A stretch of 64,000 nt of DNA. Source: Candidatus Poribacteria bacterium (GTDB lineage: Bacteria; Poribacteria; WGA-4E; JAJDTR01). Under the pieces are notes generated by a model. That model had not been told where the DNA came from, did no database searches, and saw nothing but the letters and a program-made list of their open reading frames with translations. The DNA lies in the NCBI GenBank assembly GCA_965222225.1, contig CBDCTK010000002.1, positions 1,632,001-1,696,000 on the forward strand. Direction: 5' to 3'. Of the stretch, positions 1-11,698 are shown in pieces; within the stretch, counting starts at the first letter, position 1; the number at the start of each line of letters is the position of its first letter. Position numbers and translations under genes: made by a program.

Positions 1-477
1 ATGCGGTTGCTACCAGTAGCGGTGCCCTGCTTGGCACATCAACGGTTACCAGCTACATTGAAAGCGCATCAGGAATTTCTGCGGGCGGCCGCACGGGTTT
101 GACTAACATAGTAACGGCAGCCTTGATGCTGCTCGCGCTCTTCTTCCATCCGCTGATTAAAATGGTCGGAGCAGGTTATGCTGTCGGTGAAGGTACGTTC
201 CTGTATCCTAATTATTGCTCCGGCGTTGATTATCATCGGAAGCCTTATGCTTAAGAACGTCGTCCACATCAAATGGGACGACATTACAGAGTCTCTTCCG
301 GCATTCTTGATGTTACTGATGATGCCGCTCGCCTTCAGCATTACGGAAGGGTTTGCCTTTGGTTTTATTTCTTATGCCTTCCTGAAGTTGGTAACCGGTA
401 AAGGGAAACAGGTACATTGGTTAATTTATCTATTCGCCATACTTTTTGTGATTCGGTATATTTGGCTGGTCGGATGA
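1..477 (+). CDS. NCS2/AzgA-family nucleobase permease, 3' part, frameshift near 210
   Basis: Frame 3 reads [28 protein letters not shown] (AzgA motif) to FLYP; one extra base then shifts into ORF 178..477 ([10 protein letters not shown]...PAFL...[10 protein letters not shown]). Confidence 0.85.
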
Positions 478-619
478 TTAATAGGTTTCTCCACAGTCTC
501 AGATGGTCGAATGAAAACAGACAGTGACCGGAATGGAGACCAGTCGTATTTCGGAAAGGCGTTGTGTAAATGAACGGGAAAAAAAGTTTCGTTAGCGCTG
601 CCAGATTCTTAATTGGATC

Positions 620-2338
620 ATGAACGACAGCATCGAAGTAGCATTGCGTCGAGGCACATCTTTCTTGATGACGCAATCGCATCACGCCGGTTATTTTGAA
701 GGTAAACTTTCCTCAAGCACGTTTCCAACGTGTGCCTACGCTTGGGTGCAATTTGCGCTGGAAAAGTTGCCGGACGCAGCGCTGATTGAGTGGTTGCTGC
801 GTAACCAGAACCAAAATGGCACGTGGGGTCTTGATGTATCGAATCAGCCGAACCGAGAAGCAACCCTGTTTGCCAAGCTCATCTTACAACAGATTGCTGA
901 ACGACAGCCGACGCCACAGGTTGAAACGGCATTCGCACGTATTCCTGACTACCCACTCGAATTGGCGTTAATTAAATTGGCTTACGCAGCATTCGGGCAG
1001 TCCGAATGGACTGAACTGACAATCTCCAAAAACATGCTTCCAGTGTTAACGTTAGTGCAGAAGATATCCGCTCTGTTTCCACGGCTCCGTGCTGTTTTCA
1101 ACCCGCCAACCAATGTTCTCCCGCCTGTAGACCTTTTCACCACCCCGATGTTTCAAAAACTTTTTATTGCGGAACAACACACACTTGCAGCAATTTTTCT
1201 GATGGTTGAACTCAATACAACAAAACGTGTTGAGATTGTCGATTGTCTTTTCGACTGGCTGAAAGCGCACATACTTACTGACGGCAGTTGGTTTCGTGTT
1301 AACTATATCACTGCCTTATCAAGCCTGGCGCTTATTGAGCTTCGCAAAAAGGGAGTTAGAAAAAGTGTTGAACTTGATAGGATGATTGATGAGGGCCTAT
1401 CTTGGCTAGCTTGTACTCAGAATCCCGATGGCGGGTGCCGGGAGGCACTAAATCTCAATGTATGGGACACCGCGATAAGTATCATCACGCTCATAGATGT
1501 TAATGCCACGGAGGGCGCGGATAAGCTTCGGTCCGCCGCCGGCTGGTTAGCCCAAAACCAGAATGCCGATGGAGGCTGGGCGTTTTCTGGGCTGCCCGGC
1601 GGCAACTTACCTAGTGATGCCGACGATACAGCGTTGGCATCGCTTGCCCTTCTGAAGTTGAAGCTAGCTGATTCCGATACCGCGATTCATCGAGGACTCC
1701 GCTGGCTCCGTGCCCATCAAGGACGCGATGGGAGTTGGAGTACTTATCTTCCGGGCCAAGGCGATGTTGGCTGTGTTAGCATCACTGTCCACGCAATCGA
1801 AGCGCTTATTGAAGCTGGAGGACGGGATACAGACGTTGACCGTGCCTGTAAATGGCTCAAGCGCCAAATAGCCCCGGAGGGGCGTTGGAGCGACCTCTGG
1901 CTTGCGAAGAACACCTACGGTACAGCAAATGCGATTGCGGCGCTGATTCAAGCGGGTGAACGACATTGTGAAGAGGTACACCGAGGTGTTCAATGGTTGG
2001 AAAGCGTACAAAACCACGACGGCGGATGGGGCGAAGATATGTTCGGCAACCGTACGGAAAGCACCGTAGAACAAACAGCTTGGTCTGCGGATGCCCTATT
2101 GCTTGCTAATCCTCAAAATGAGTCCGGATGGAAGGGAATAAAGTTTTTGCTTAGTCATCAGAGACTTGATGGTTCATGGAATGATAGTTGTGTCGGAATC
2201 TATTGGGAGGTAATCGGGGGATACGCAGATCCAATCAATGCGTCGGTGTTTCCGCTACGCGCATTGTATCAAGCCAAATGCGCGATGCAACATGCGAAGA
2301 GCGTTAATCTTTTTGTTGAATCAAACGAGACGGCTTGA
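620..2338 (+). CDS. Squalene-hopene cyclase-like class II terpene cyclase (prenyltransferase/squalene oxidase repeats)
   Basis: QW repeats (QNQNGTW, QNADGGW, QGRDGSW, QNHDGGW, QRLDGSW), VWDTA motif and catalytic DADDTA (DxDD) motif. Confidence 0.8.
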   Translation: MNDSIEVALRRGTSFLMTQSHHAGYFEGKLSSSTFPTCAYAWVQFALEKLPDAALIEWLLRNQNQNGTWGLDVSNQPNREATLFAKLILQQIAERQPTPQVETAFARIPDYPLELALIKLAYAAFGQSEWTELTISKNMLPVLTLVQKISALFPRLRAVFNPPTNVLPPVDLFTTPMFQKLFIAEQHTLAAIFLMVELNTTKRVEIVDCLFDWLKAHILTDGSWFRVNYITALSSLALIELRKKGVRKSVELDRMIDEGLSWLACTQNPDGGCREALNLNVWDTAISIITLIDVNATEGADKLRSAAGWLAQNQNADGGWAFSGLPGGNLPSDADDTALASLALLKLKLADSDTAIHRGLRWLRAHQGRDGSWSTYLPGQGDVGCVSITVHAIEALIEAGGRDTDVDRACKWLKRQIAPEGRWSDLWLAKNTYGTANAIAALIQAGERHCEEVHRGVQWLESVQNHDGGWGEDMFGNRTESTVEQTAWSADALLLANPQNESGWKGIKFLLSHQRLDGSWNDSCVGIYWEVIGGYADPINASVFPLRALYQAKCAMQHAKSVNLFVESNETA

Positions 2339-2357
2339 CGTTATCTCAAATGAAGAA

Positions 2358-3029
2358 ATGATCTCAGTTGTCATTCCTACCCTTAACGAAGCAGCTATCC
2401 TAGATTCTACTTTGCCTCAACTGGCAGGGCAACTTGAAGGACACGAGCTACTTGTCGTTGATGGTGGAAGCACTGATTGCACACGGAAAATTGCGAGAAG
2501 ATATGGCGAGATAATCTCTTCTAAGCGTGGGCGAGCACGCCAAATGAACACAGGCGCGGCCGCAGCCTCAGGGGCGACGCTCCTCTTCCTACATGCAGAT
2601 GTGTGGCTTGAACCGGGCGCAATTCAAGGAGTTGAAGCTGCGATTGCCGCCGGTTATGTTGGGGGGGCGTTCAAGCAGCGAATTGATGGCACACACCCCT
2701 TGTATCGCGTCATCGAATTCGCGGCGAATTTTAGGGCGCAGCGCCTGAAAGTGTTTTATGGTGACGGGGGAATCTTCGTCAGTCGCTCTCATTTTCAACA
2801 AATAGGCGGGTTTCCAAATCTCCCTCTCATGGAAGAAATCGGGTTTTCTCGTAAACTCCATCAGATCGGACGAACCACGCTTGTAAAGCCGTGCATTCAC
2901 ATATCGCCCCGAAGATGGGAACAGACTGGTATCGTGCGGACAACACTGATTAACTGGATGATTACATTCCTCTTTTGCTGCGGCGTTTCCCCATCGCGAC
3001 TTGCGAAAATGTACCGACAGATACGATAA
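2358..3029 (+). CDS. GT2 glycosyltransferase, TIGR04283-like
   Basis: ISVVIPTLNE, VVDGGSTD, RGRARQMNTGA, LLFLHAD, YGDGGIF, SPRRW. Confidence 0.85.
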   Translation: MISVVIPTLNEAAILDSTLPQLAGQLEGHELLVVDGGSTDCTRKIARRYGEIISSKRGRARQMNTGAAAASGATLLFLHADVWLEPGAIQGVEAAIAAGYVGGAFKQRIDGTHPLYRVIEFAANFRAQRLKVFYGDGGIFVSRSHFQQIGGFPNLPLMEEIGFSRKLHQIGRTTLVKPCIHISPRRWEQTGIVRTTLINWMITFLFCCGVSPSRLAKMYRQIR

Positions 3030-3078
3030 TAGTCGAGTCGGATTCTATAAGTCATTGCAACTAAGAATTATACATTTA

Positions 3079-4327
3079 CGGAATTAGTAGCTTGTAGCTT
3101 TTAGACTGACGACAAACATAAAACTTGGTACCCTGTCGTAAATCTTTTCGTCACACGTAGATGTCCATAGTGACTATTCTTCTCGTAGGAGTTTGCTATG
3201 GACATTTTGAATCTTATGAAAGAGTTTCCAAATCAAGAATCTTGTCTCAGATTTATAGAGGAAAAACGTTGGAAGGACGGTGTTTGCTGTATCCACTGTG
3301 GCAGTGAAAAAGTTGGACGCAAGAACAAAAACGACATTACTACTGGTTGGAATTGCTACGATTGTGAATCTAGCTTTTCGGCTACAGCAGGAACCATCTT
3401 CCATGGTACCAAGATACCTCTCCAGAAATGGTTTTTGGCTATCTCAATTCTTTCCAATGCCAAGAAAAGCATATCGAGTTGTCAGCTTGCTCGTGACTTG
3501 GACATGAATCAAAAGTCCGCTTGGTATATGGCAATGCGCCTCCGTGAGAAAATGAGTGATAGTGATGAATTGCTGAAAGGGATAGTTGAAGCGGACGAAA
3601 CCTATGTCGGCGGCAAACCCAGAGCAAAATCTAAGAGAGGTAGAGGCACAAATAAATCTCCCGTCATCGGCGTAGTCGAGAGAGGCGGTCGGGTGGTTGC
3701 TAAATTCATGAAGGTTCTATCTGGTGAAAATATCAGAGAATTCATCCTTAGCAATGTCTCACCCGATGAGTCTATTCTTATGACTGATGAATTTCGCTCT
3801 TACAATAGTCTGGACGAAGATATCGAAAGACATGTTATCCATCACCAAGAGAGATATGTTTCTGAGGACGGCGTAACTCACACCAACACCATCGAGTCGT
3901 TTTGGGCTTGTGTCAAGAGGTCATTCTACGGAACGCATCATCACTACAGCAAGAAGTGGCTGCCACTGTATATCATGGAGTCTTGCTGGAAATATAATCG
4001 CAGAAAAGATGATGAGATTTTCATAAGATTTTTTGATGAATGCTTCACCTGAGCCACATGAATTGTTTGGCTATCGGTATATTCTGTCAACGACAACATC
4101 ATGGTGTGCTGAAAATCCCATAGTGTTGGAAATTAAAATCCCGCAGATAACCCGCAATGCTCCCGCGAGCATGTACAAACGCTTGGTCAACATGATATGC
4201 CTCCATTTCTCTCTTATAGAGATGTATTTTAGTGTGAATCAAGATTCCGAACACTGTCTAAAGTTATTGTACATTAAGAAGAGAAAAGCAAGCAAATCGA
4301 CCAAAAAGCAGTTAACTACTAAGTCCC
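3079..4327 (+). mobile_element. IS1595-family insertion sequence, copy 1
   Basis: Imperfect terminal IRs cggaattagtagct / gggacttagtagtt; ends defined by alignment with the copy at 56426-57674; flanks (tacattta / aatcatta) are not a duplication. Confidence 0.9.
3198..4052 (+). CDS. IS1595-family transposase
   Basis: Zn ribbon (CIHC...CYDC), GTIFHGTKIPLQKW, VEADETYVGG, MTDE, HTNTIESFW. Confidence 0.95.
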   Translation: MDILNLMKEFPNQESCLRFIEEKRWKDGVCCIHCGSEKVGRKNKNDITTGWNCYDCESSFSATAGTIFHGTKIPLQKWFLAISILSNAKKSISSCQLARDLDMNQKSAWYMAMRLREKMSDSDELLKGIVEADETYVGGKPRAKSKRGRGTNKSPVIGVVERGGRVVAKFMKVLSGENIREFILSNVSPDESILMTDEFRSYNSLDEDIERHVIHHQERYVSEDGVTHTNTIESFWACVKRSFYGTHHHYSKKWLPLYIMESCWKYNRRKDDEIFIRFFDECFT

Positions 4328-6564
4328 AATCATTATCTTCCCCGCGGCGAAACTGAAGAAGATCTTGAGATTAGAGAGGCATTTCAAATTAGCTTGGACG
4401 TGCCGCTCGTCGGTGAATACGACGAATTAAACAAGGTGTGGGAGGAACGGTTGAGGCCAAACTTACCTAAAATCGCGCAGCGGTTGCTTGAGCGGGTAAT
4501 CAGGTGTCTGGAGAATCAGTATTTCTTTCATCGCACATTTGGACGGGCCACTCGCTTGTTAGAGCGTGCTAGTACACTACGCTCTGCCATCGAATCTCAC
4601 GACCAAAATGTAAGGGCCACGACACCGATGTGGTGATTGATGTTGCACGTGAGTGCCTGGACTGGTTGGCGACGCATGAACCAAACGTAGCGGCGCAGTG
4701 GTGTAATCGGCTTGCGAAATCCGACTCACCCTTGCAACGACGGTTGGCAGTACATAGCTTGTCCAAACGCAAAGACCTCACCCCAGACAAAAAGATCCAA
4801 TGGTTGCTAGAAAATATTGATTTGCACGAATACTCTATTCACCACGAAGTATATCAGGCCGTACGACACGCCTATCCTAGAGCTAGTGTGGACTGTCGAA
4901 TGGCTCTCATTGAAAGGGTGCAATCTTACCAATTTCCACACGCAGAACACCCGGACAATAGGGAACTTACGGCAAAAGAACAATTCGACTGGTTTCATTG
5001 GCTACACATCGCAAAACTCGATTGTTCATTTGCCAAACAAGCTATGGACGAAGTATTGATGGAGTACCCGAACTTCACAACAAGAGGACTTAGAGAATAT
5101 CCCGAATTTACATCTTACATCCAATCAGGCCATGTGGATATACCTAGCCCCTTGACCCTGGAGGACCTTCCGGCAACTCCTACTGCCGATTCGATAACCC
5201 AGTTTTCGCCGCGCGAAGGTGCAACACTCAGGGAAGAAATTGAGAATCTCAAGGAAAGGATAAAACAAGATTTTGACGAGGGGCTGAATGTAGCGAACAC
5301 GTTGGCTGAAGCGGGGCAATGGGACGGTTACCAATGGCGTGTTTTGATTAACACTTGGACAGAAATGGAATTGGACTTAAATAAACACAGACAAGTGCTA
5401 AAGTGGTTTGCAAAGACGGAGTTGTATTCAAAATATAGTTACGAAATAGCCGACTGGCTTTACGCACTTGTGAAGGATGGTGGACTTTCCTATGCGTTTG
5501 GCCTGCTGCCCGAAGCTAACGCAATCGCTGTAGCACTATGGCAAAACCTTGACCGAACTGTCTCTATTGACGCAAAACAAGGTTGGCACAATCAGAGTGT
5601 CCAATATCCGGTATGGGGACTGACCCATTTTTGGCTCGCCTCAGCTTCGCTCTGGCGGCAGCAACAGGATCCGAAACCGCCAACCCTTAGTGAAGATTAT
5701 CGCCGCTTTTTGCTAGAAATCATCAGAGATTCGTCGCCGATCGGTGGCTTAGGAAAGTCTATTCTAGCGAGTCGATTAGCCTTTCTCTTGGCAGTCGATG
5801 AAGAATGGACGCGAGAACACCTCCTCCCGCTTTTTGACCTAGACAATGCAGACTTCCAGGCAGCGTGGGATGGCTTCGTAACGGAGGGACGCATTTCACC
5901 ACCCGCCGCCGAAGCACTGGAGCAACTGTTTCTCAAGGCAGTTACTCGGATTAGCACCCAGCTATACAATCAACGCTATGAGTTCGTTGAATGCTATATC
6001 GTCATGCTCATATATGTCGTCGATGAGGTCCTCAGTAAATGGATTCCCCAACTTTTCGAGCACGACCAACCCCTGCCTGTAAATAGTGAACGTACGCTCC
6101 TACGCGGTGACGATCACACGATTCCGGAGATTATTGCTTTGAAACTCACGAAATGTCTAAAGCACATGGATGACAGCGAAAAGCAAGAATTGTGGCAACG
6201 CTGGCTTAAAGATTATTGGCAGGATCGGTTAAACGGGAAACCCGCGCCGCTTACACCCGACGAAGCTAACCTCATGCTCGACTGGTTGCCAGAGTTGAAC
6301 ACAAAATTCCCAGAAGCCGTGGATCTTGCTATCAACATGCCGCCGCCTTCGTTGAAACATGCGAGGATTTTTGCTTGTCTCGTCACAAATGAAACTTGGC
6401 AGAATCACCCAGAAGCTGTAGCAAAGCTGTTGCTTTATTTGTGGGATTGCAATATACCGAACCACCGTCACAGTGCAGTGCTGACGATTATTGTTGCGCT
6501 CCTAGAGTTGAATATCTCGTCAGAACTTAAACAAAAATTAGAGGAGATAAAAATCCAGCTCTAG
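4328..6564 (+). pseudogene. 5'-truncated, frameshifted DUF4020-containing protein (Dsr1/SIR2-DUF4020-like remnant)
   Basis: Begins abruptly at the IS end; RSAIESHDQN (ORF 4394) shifts to DVVIDVARECLDWL (ORF 4630); C-terminal LWQRWLKDYWQDRLNG...WLPEL...FPEAV resembles DUF4020; no SIR2 domain left. Confidence 0.6.
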
Positions 6565-6776
6565 CGACCAATGGGTACAGTCTCAACCTGAGTTATAACC
6601 ATTCTTCAAAAAGAACGCCGACAAGCTATCAAGACCTGCCGGCGTTCTTTCCTAGCATTCGGGCATGGAGGAAACCGGTCGCCAAGCGCTTAGAACCGAA
6701 AAGACAATATCGTGTCTAGTTGGTTACACCAAGCGATAGGATCGATTCCTACAATGAACTGTCGCACGCCACGTCG

Positions 6777-7110
6777 TTATACGCCGCCAGAGCCGAAAAT
6801 CTCCAAAACCCCGTCCTTGACCATCAGCACGACCGGCTCATAAAGCGCCTCGCCGTTGGGATCGAAAGAGAATAGCCCCAAATTGGTATCTAGGTTTCCC
6901 ACCGTCGCCAAAGCGTCAAGTAGGATTGAGCAGCCCACGGGTCCGGTTCGATGCCGTATGCCCCTCGTTAACGTTCAACGAAGACTTGATTTAACGGATT
7001 GTCCGACGTGCTAGACCAACTCACAAAGGTAATCGCCCCTTCCGCTGCCTCACCCGCTAGTTGCACTTCATTCATAGATATTTCAGGAATGCCATATAGT
7101 GCTGCAATTC
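6777..7110 (-). pseudogene. Fragment of a LivJ-like ABC substrate-binding protein
   Basis: Broken frames AGEAAEGAITFVSW...NPLNQVFVE and LDTNLGLFSFDPNGEALYEPVVLMVKDG. Confidence 0.6.
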
Positions 7111-7275
7111 GGATTGAGACCGAGATTCGAAAGTCGACAAGCCACGGATTGTTCCTTATCGACAATTGCAGATGGTCGGTTGGGTTTTACCCGTCAACCC
7201 TACCTACGAATCCGCGCCTGTCTTTAAGATTGGAGAATTCCCTTCCAATCTTCCCTCCCTTCCATCCTTCCATTC

Positions 7276-8334
7276 CTAAGTCTTCGACTGCTCCGGGAAT
7301 GCTCTGCGAATATCGTAACGTCCCTCTTCGAGCACCGGGAGTGTGCCATCTTCAATCATCAACTCGAGAGGAGATTCTTTGGTCTCCAGCGGCATGGTGA
7401 TCACATTTTTGATACGCAGCGACTCGTAAATTGCCATCATGATTTCCATGGTATACCGCGCCTGTCGTCCGCTACTTCGGTGGTCAGCAGTCTTTCCCTC
7501 CATCCAATCGATTAATGCTTGGAACTGATTAGTTTCCTCGGCACGTGGTTCTATCTCCGTCCATCCGCTGGCTTTGTCAGTTTGAAGCAAAGTGACACCA
7601 CCTTCCCCGCTTCTTATTTGCCCGGTAGTGCCGTAAATGGCAGATCCGGGGATAGCGGGTTCGGGCAAATCGCTCTCGTATATTGCCCTTGCACCACCTT
7701 CAAAGCAGATAAGCCCCATGCACAAATCTTCACAACGGGTGCGCCGTTCCCACTTGTCGGTCGTGCGCGATGTTTGCCCAATGACCCACAGCGTTTCCGG
7801 GTCTGATAATTGGTAACGAGTGCAATCAATGTAGTGCGTACCGATATTAAGCAGCCCAGCGCTAGGCTTAGAGCGTCCATGAAACAAAGTTGGTTCTCCG
7901 ATAGCACCGTCTTGGATAAGCCTTCGGATTTCGGTGTTTTTCGCCGAGTAACGGCTTTGATGCCCGATGGCAAGTTTGGCATCATGCTTTTCGCACGCTT
8001 CAATCATGGCATCGGCTTCGCCTAGGCATGCCGCCATCGGTTTTTCGCCTAAAATCCCTTTTACACCCGATTCTGCGGCAGCTATGGTAATCTCGGCGCG
8101 CACGCCTTGCCAAGTTGCAATGCTCACAATGTCCAAGTCTTCCTTTTCCAGCAGTTCGTTGTAGTCGGTATAAACTGCCGGTATGGAGAATTATTGGGAC
8201 AGCTTGGCAGCCGATTCCCTACTGATGTCCATGGCTGCAACGAGTGTTGTTGCCGGGTTTTGGGCATAAGCCTTTGCGTGATTTCTGCTCATACCTCCGC
8301 AACCGATGATCCCAACACGATATGGTTTAGTCAT
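7276..8334 (-). pseudogene. Gfo/Idh/MocA oxidoreductase with in-frame TAA at 8191-8193
   Basis: ATG 8334 gives MTKPYRVGIIGCGGM...SQ*FSIPAVYTDYNELLEKEDLDIV, in frame with ORF 7276..8136 (EKPMA). Confidence 0.85.
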
Positions 8335-8517
8335 GAGACTAGCCTTTCTTTTTAACCTTGTAATAAGTGTGCTGCCGCCAGCCTGCGGCGCATTTTGCGA
8401 CAGTGCACCGGCACGGCAGCGGCTTCAGCATTGGGGCTGTTATTCAAAACTTTGCCCTAGACGGTTTTCCCAGGCTATGCTACAATGTCGGCATATTAGT
8501 AACCTAGGGGGAAGACA

Positions 8518-9276
8518 ATGAAACTTGGTTTAGTGACATATAATATGGCGAAAGAGTGGGATATTCCAACAATCATCGAACACTGCGAAGCTACCGGTTT
8601 TCAGGGCGTGGAATTGCGAACCACTCATGCGCACAATGTCGAGGTTAACCTTTCTGCAGCGGAACGCCGCGATGTGCGCAAACAGTTTGAAGATAGCTCA
8701 ATTGAACTTGCCGGCTTGGGCAGCGCTTTTGAATACCACTCACCTGATAGCGACGAACTCCGACAAAATATTGAGGGAACCAAGGTGTATTCCCAACTTG
8801 CGGCGGATGTCGGAGCGCCCGGTGTAAAGGTGCGCCCGAACGGTTTACCCGACAGCGTACCAGAGCAAACCATGTTGGAGCAGATTGGGTACTCTCTACG
8901 CGAGTGCGGGGAATTCGCGAAAAACATTGGCGTACAAATACGCCTTGAAGTACACGGCAGGCAAACCTCTCATCTCCCGCATATCCGTACAATTATGGAG
9001 ATTGCCGACCGCGACAATGTATCCGTTTGTTGGAATTCCAACCCTGGCGAAGTTGCAAACGGCTCGGTCAAGAGCAACTTTGATTTGGTTAAGAACTGGA
9101 TTCGGTTAGTCCACATCAATGAGTTGCATCGCAGAGAATATCCGTGGCGTGAACTATTTTCGATGCTAAAAGATTCAAGCTATGATGGCTACTGTCTAGC
9201 CGAAATTCCGGGTAGCCCTGATCCTGAACGTGTCATGAATTACTATCGCGCACTATGGACAGCTTTGTGCGAATGA
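8518..9276 (+). CDS. Sugar phosphate isomerase/epimerase (xylose-isomerase-like TIM barrel)
   Basis: GFQGVELR, IRLEVHG, LVHINEL, YDGYCLAE. Confidence 0.85.
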   Translation: MKLGLVTYNMAKEWDIPTIIEHCEATGFQGVELRTTHAHNVEVNLSAAERRDVRKQFEDSSIELAGLGSAFEYHSPDSDELRQNIEGTKVYSQLAADVGAPGVKVRPNGLPDSVPEQTMLEQIGYSLRECGEFAKNIGVQIRLEVHGRQTSHLPHIRTIMEIADRDNVSVCWNSNPGEVANGSVKSNFDLVKNWIRLVHINELHRREYPWRELFSMLKDSSYDGYCLAEIPGSPDPERVMNYYRALWTALCE

Positions 9277-10576
9277 ACTAAGGAGCAATTCGTCCCTCAT
9301 GACGGTCGCCCCGAGCCCCGTACTGAGTTAACCACCAGGCTGCATGTCTCGTTAGAACCGTACTTGCTGTCGCGATCACGCCCACCCTTGGCTTTTACCA
9401 CCGACGCGGACTTTACTAATCTTCTCAAAATAACCGCTTTTTCGATACGCCGTCAGTGGATCCGGATCCCGACCCATCTCTAACCGCACTTGTTCGAGAA
9501 GCGGACGGACATCCGTCTCGTAGGCGCGCTGCAAAACGCGTTCAGCATCAATAATCTCGCCCGCTTCTTGTGCTTGAGTTAGCTCTTCTCGGTCAACAAT
9601 CAACGCCCGCGCATACGCGGTTTGCAAATTGCAGACGGATTGTATACTCGCCTCTACTTTTGGCTTCAGATTGTGACTCTGATCGATCATGTAAGCAATA
9701 TCGGTATTTGTATCCGGATCCAGTTCCGCCGCCACCAGTTCCGTATAAATGAGAAAAAGTTCTTGTGGATTTACAGATCCGACAGTGAGATCGTCGTCGG
9801 CAAATTTTCGACAGTTAAAGTGGAATCCACCGAGCTTGCCCTCGTCAATCAGGTACGCAACGATGAACTCAATATTTGTTCCCTGCGGATGATGCCCGAG
9901 GTCGATTAATACTTGCGCCTTAGGGCCTAGCTTCGTTGCCATAACGTACGCCGTACCCCAGTCAGCAAGGTCGGTGTGGTAAAACGCCGGCTCAAAGAAC
10001 TTATACTCGATAAGCATACGCCCATCTTCAGGTAGAGCCTCGTAAACTTCACGGAAGGACTCATACAACCAACGTTTGCGTTTTCGAAAGTCTGCTTGAC
10101 CGGGGAAATTGGTACCGTCGGCAAGCCAGAGACTCAACAACTTTGAGTCCAGATTCTTCATGATTTCGACACAGTATAGCATATGGTCTGTTGCTAACCG
10201 GCGGATAGCTGAATCATGATGGCAGACGCTTCCCAGCTTATACTCTTGTGCTTGAAAGACATTCGGATTAATTGCCCCGATACCGATACCGAGTTCGCTC
10301 GCATACTGTTTCATTCCATCCCAGTCATCCGTTTCATCCCATGGAATATGTAGGGCAACCGTCGGTGCAATTCCGGTGAATCGATGGACAGTCGCGGCAT
10401 CCTCTAGACGTTCATGCACATTAGGCGCCGCCCCGAGCTGCTGGAAAACACCGAATCGCGTTCCCGAATTTCCATATCCCCACGACGGTGTTTCAATATG
10501 TTGCTGCTTGAGTAAATCTTTGACCGCTTCAATCCGAACGCCCTGTTTGTCCAAATCTTCCGCCAATAGATTGTAT

Positions 10577-11620
10577 TAGGAGTTACGCAGTTGGCTGAAG
10601 CGTATAAAGAGGTTGTGCCAAATAAGCCCGTACCGCATCTCTGACAATAGAGAGTTTTGCATCAAACCAACTGATACCGGTATGATAGCAATAGTGCTCA
10701 ATTCTCAGAAAGGCTCTCAGCGCTAAACCGATATGATTTCTTTGAGTGCGAGCAGAGCGCACTTGTGCGCGTTCAATGCCAACAAATTGCTTAATCCCGC
10801 GATGATATTCTTCTATTGTCCAAGACCATTCGGCATATTTGAGACGCGTCAATTCGTCCATCTGTAAATCATTCGTTGCCCAATATTCAATGTCACCTTC
10901 TGGAGTGTCAACCTTAAATACTCGAATCAATCCATAGCCTTTGAGATGGACAATTGTACCTGTTGATTCACTCGGAAGCGTACTCACCGGACGGTTACCG
11001 GAATAATCTTTACTGACAAGTCGGTTGGCAGCTAGACGAGTAAGCCACTTCCAACCATGACCTCGCACCGCTTTTAGATTCTTTAGACTGGCATACCAAC
11101 TATCAAAACACACACATTCAGGAGCAAAACCGCGTGTTTTCGCTTCTTCAAGCATGGCGCGGAAATGCTCATTCTTCGTCAAGCCGTCTTTGGCTTTATC
11201 ATAGATTCGATAATCACACGGAATATGTCTATCGCCATCCGTCCGGAGCAAAGTGACCAAGTTAATCCCATTCACAACTCGGTGGTGTTTCCCTGACCAG
11301 TGTTTTGTCACGAGTTCAATCTTTTGTGAATAAGGTTTATCCAGAGTCGAGTCATCTATAACTAAAATTCCGGATTCTAATTTCACCTGATTTCTCGATT
11401 CTTGCCACAGTTTGCCAGTATCGGGTTCCTCTCGATGCAAGAGCCGTGTTATCGAATCGTGAGCCGGAGGATTATCAGCTTGGGGTTGAACTTTTTCCGA
11501 TTCAAGACAACTGTAACTTTTCTGAGCGGCTACCAAGAAATCAATATAGTCAGTGTCAGTATATTTAGGGGGATTCATACTCAAATTATAACCTATTTTC
11601 ACTCAACTGCGTAACTCCTA
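10577..11620 (-). mobile_element. IS701-family insertion sequence
   Basis: 17-bp perfect IR taggagttacgcagttg; 5-bp TSD tgtat at 10572-10576 and 11621-11625. Confidence 0.92.
10583..11602 (-). CDS. IS701-family DDE transposase
   Basis: HDSITRLL, LVIDDSTLDKPY, FDSWYAS, WTIEEYHRGIKQ. Confidence 0.9.
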   Translation of the reverse strand: MKIGYNLSMNPPKYTDTDYIDFLVAAQKSYSCLESEKVQPQADNPPAHDSITRLLHREEPDTGKLWQESRNQVKLESGILVIDDSTLDKPYSQKIELVTKHWSGKHHRVVNGINLVTLLRTDGDRHIPCDYRIYDKAKDGLTKNEHFRAMLEEAKTRGFAPECVCFDSWYASLKNLKAVRGHGWKWLTRLAANRLVSKDYSGNRPVSTLPSESTGTIVHLKGYGLIRVFKVDTPEGDIEYWATNDLQMDELTRLKYAEWSWTIEEYHRGIKQFVGIERAQVRSARTQRNHIGLALRAFLRIEHYCYHTGISWFDAKLSIVRDAVRAYLAQPLYTLQPTA

Positions 11621-11698
11621 TGTATTTCGGATCGCTCATTCTGTTCCTCCCTTGAAAACCTGCGGACAAATTGTCGCCGGCAAGAATGCTGTGGGGCG

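Larger units (their letters stand above)
9376..11639 (-). pseudogene. rhaI: L-rhamnose isomerase (RhaI type) interrupted near codon 6 by IS701
   Basis: [51 protein letters not shown]; removing the IS and one TSD restores ATG AGC GAT CCG AAA TAC AAT CTA TTG GCG behind a GGAGG RBS. Confidence 0.9.
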
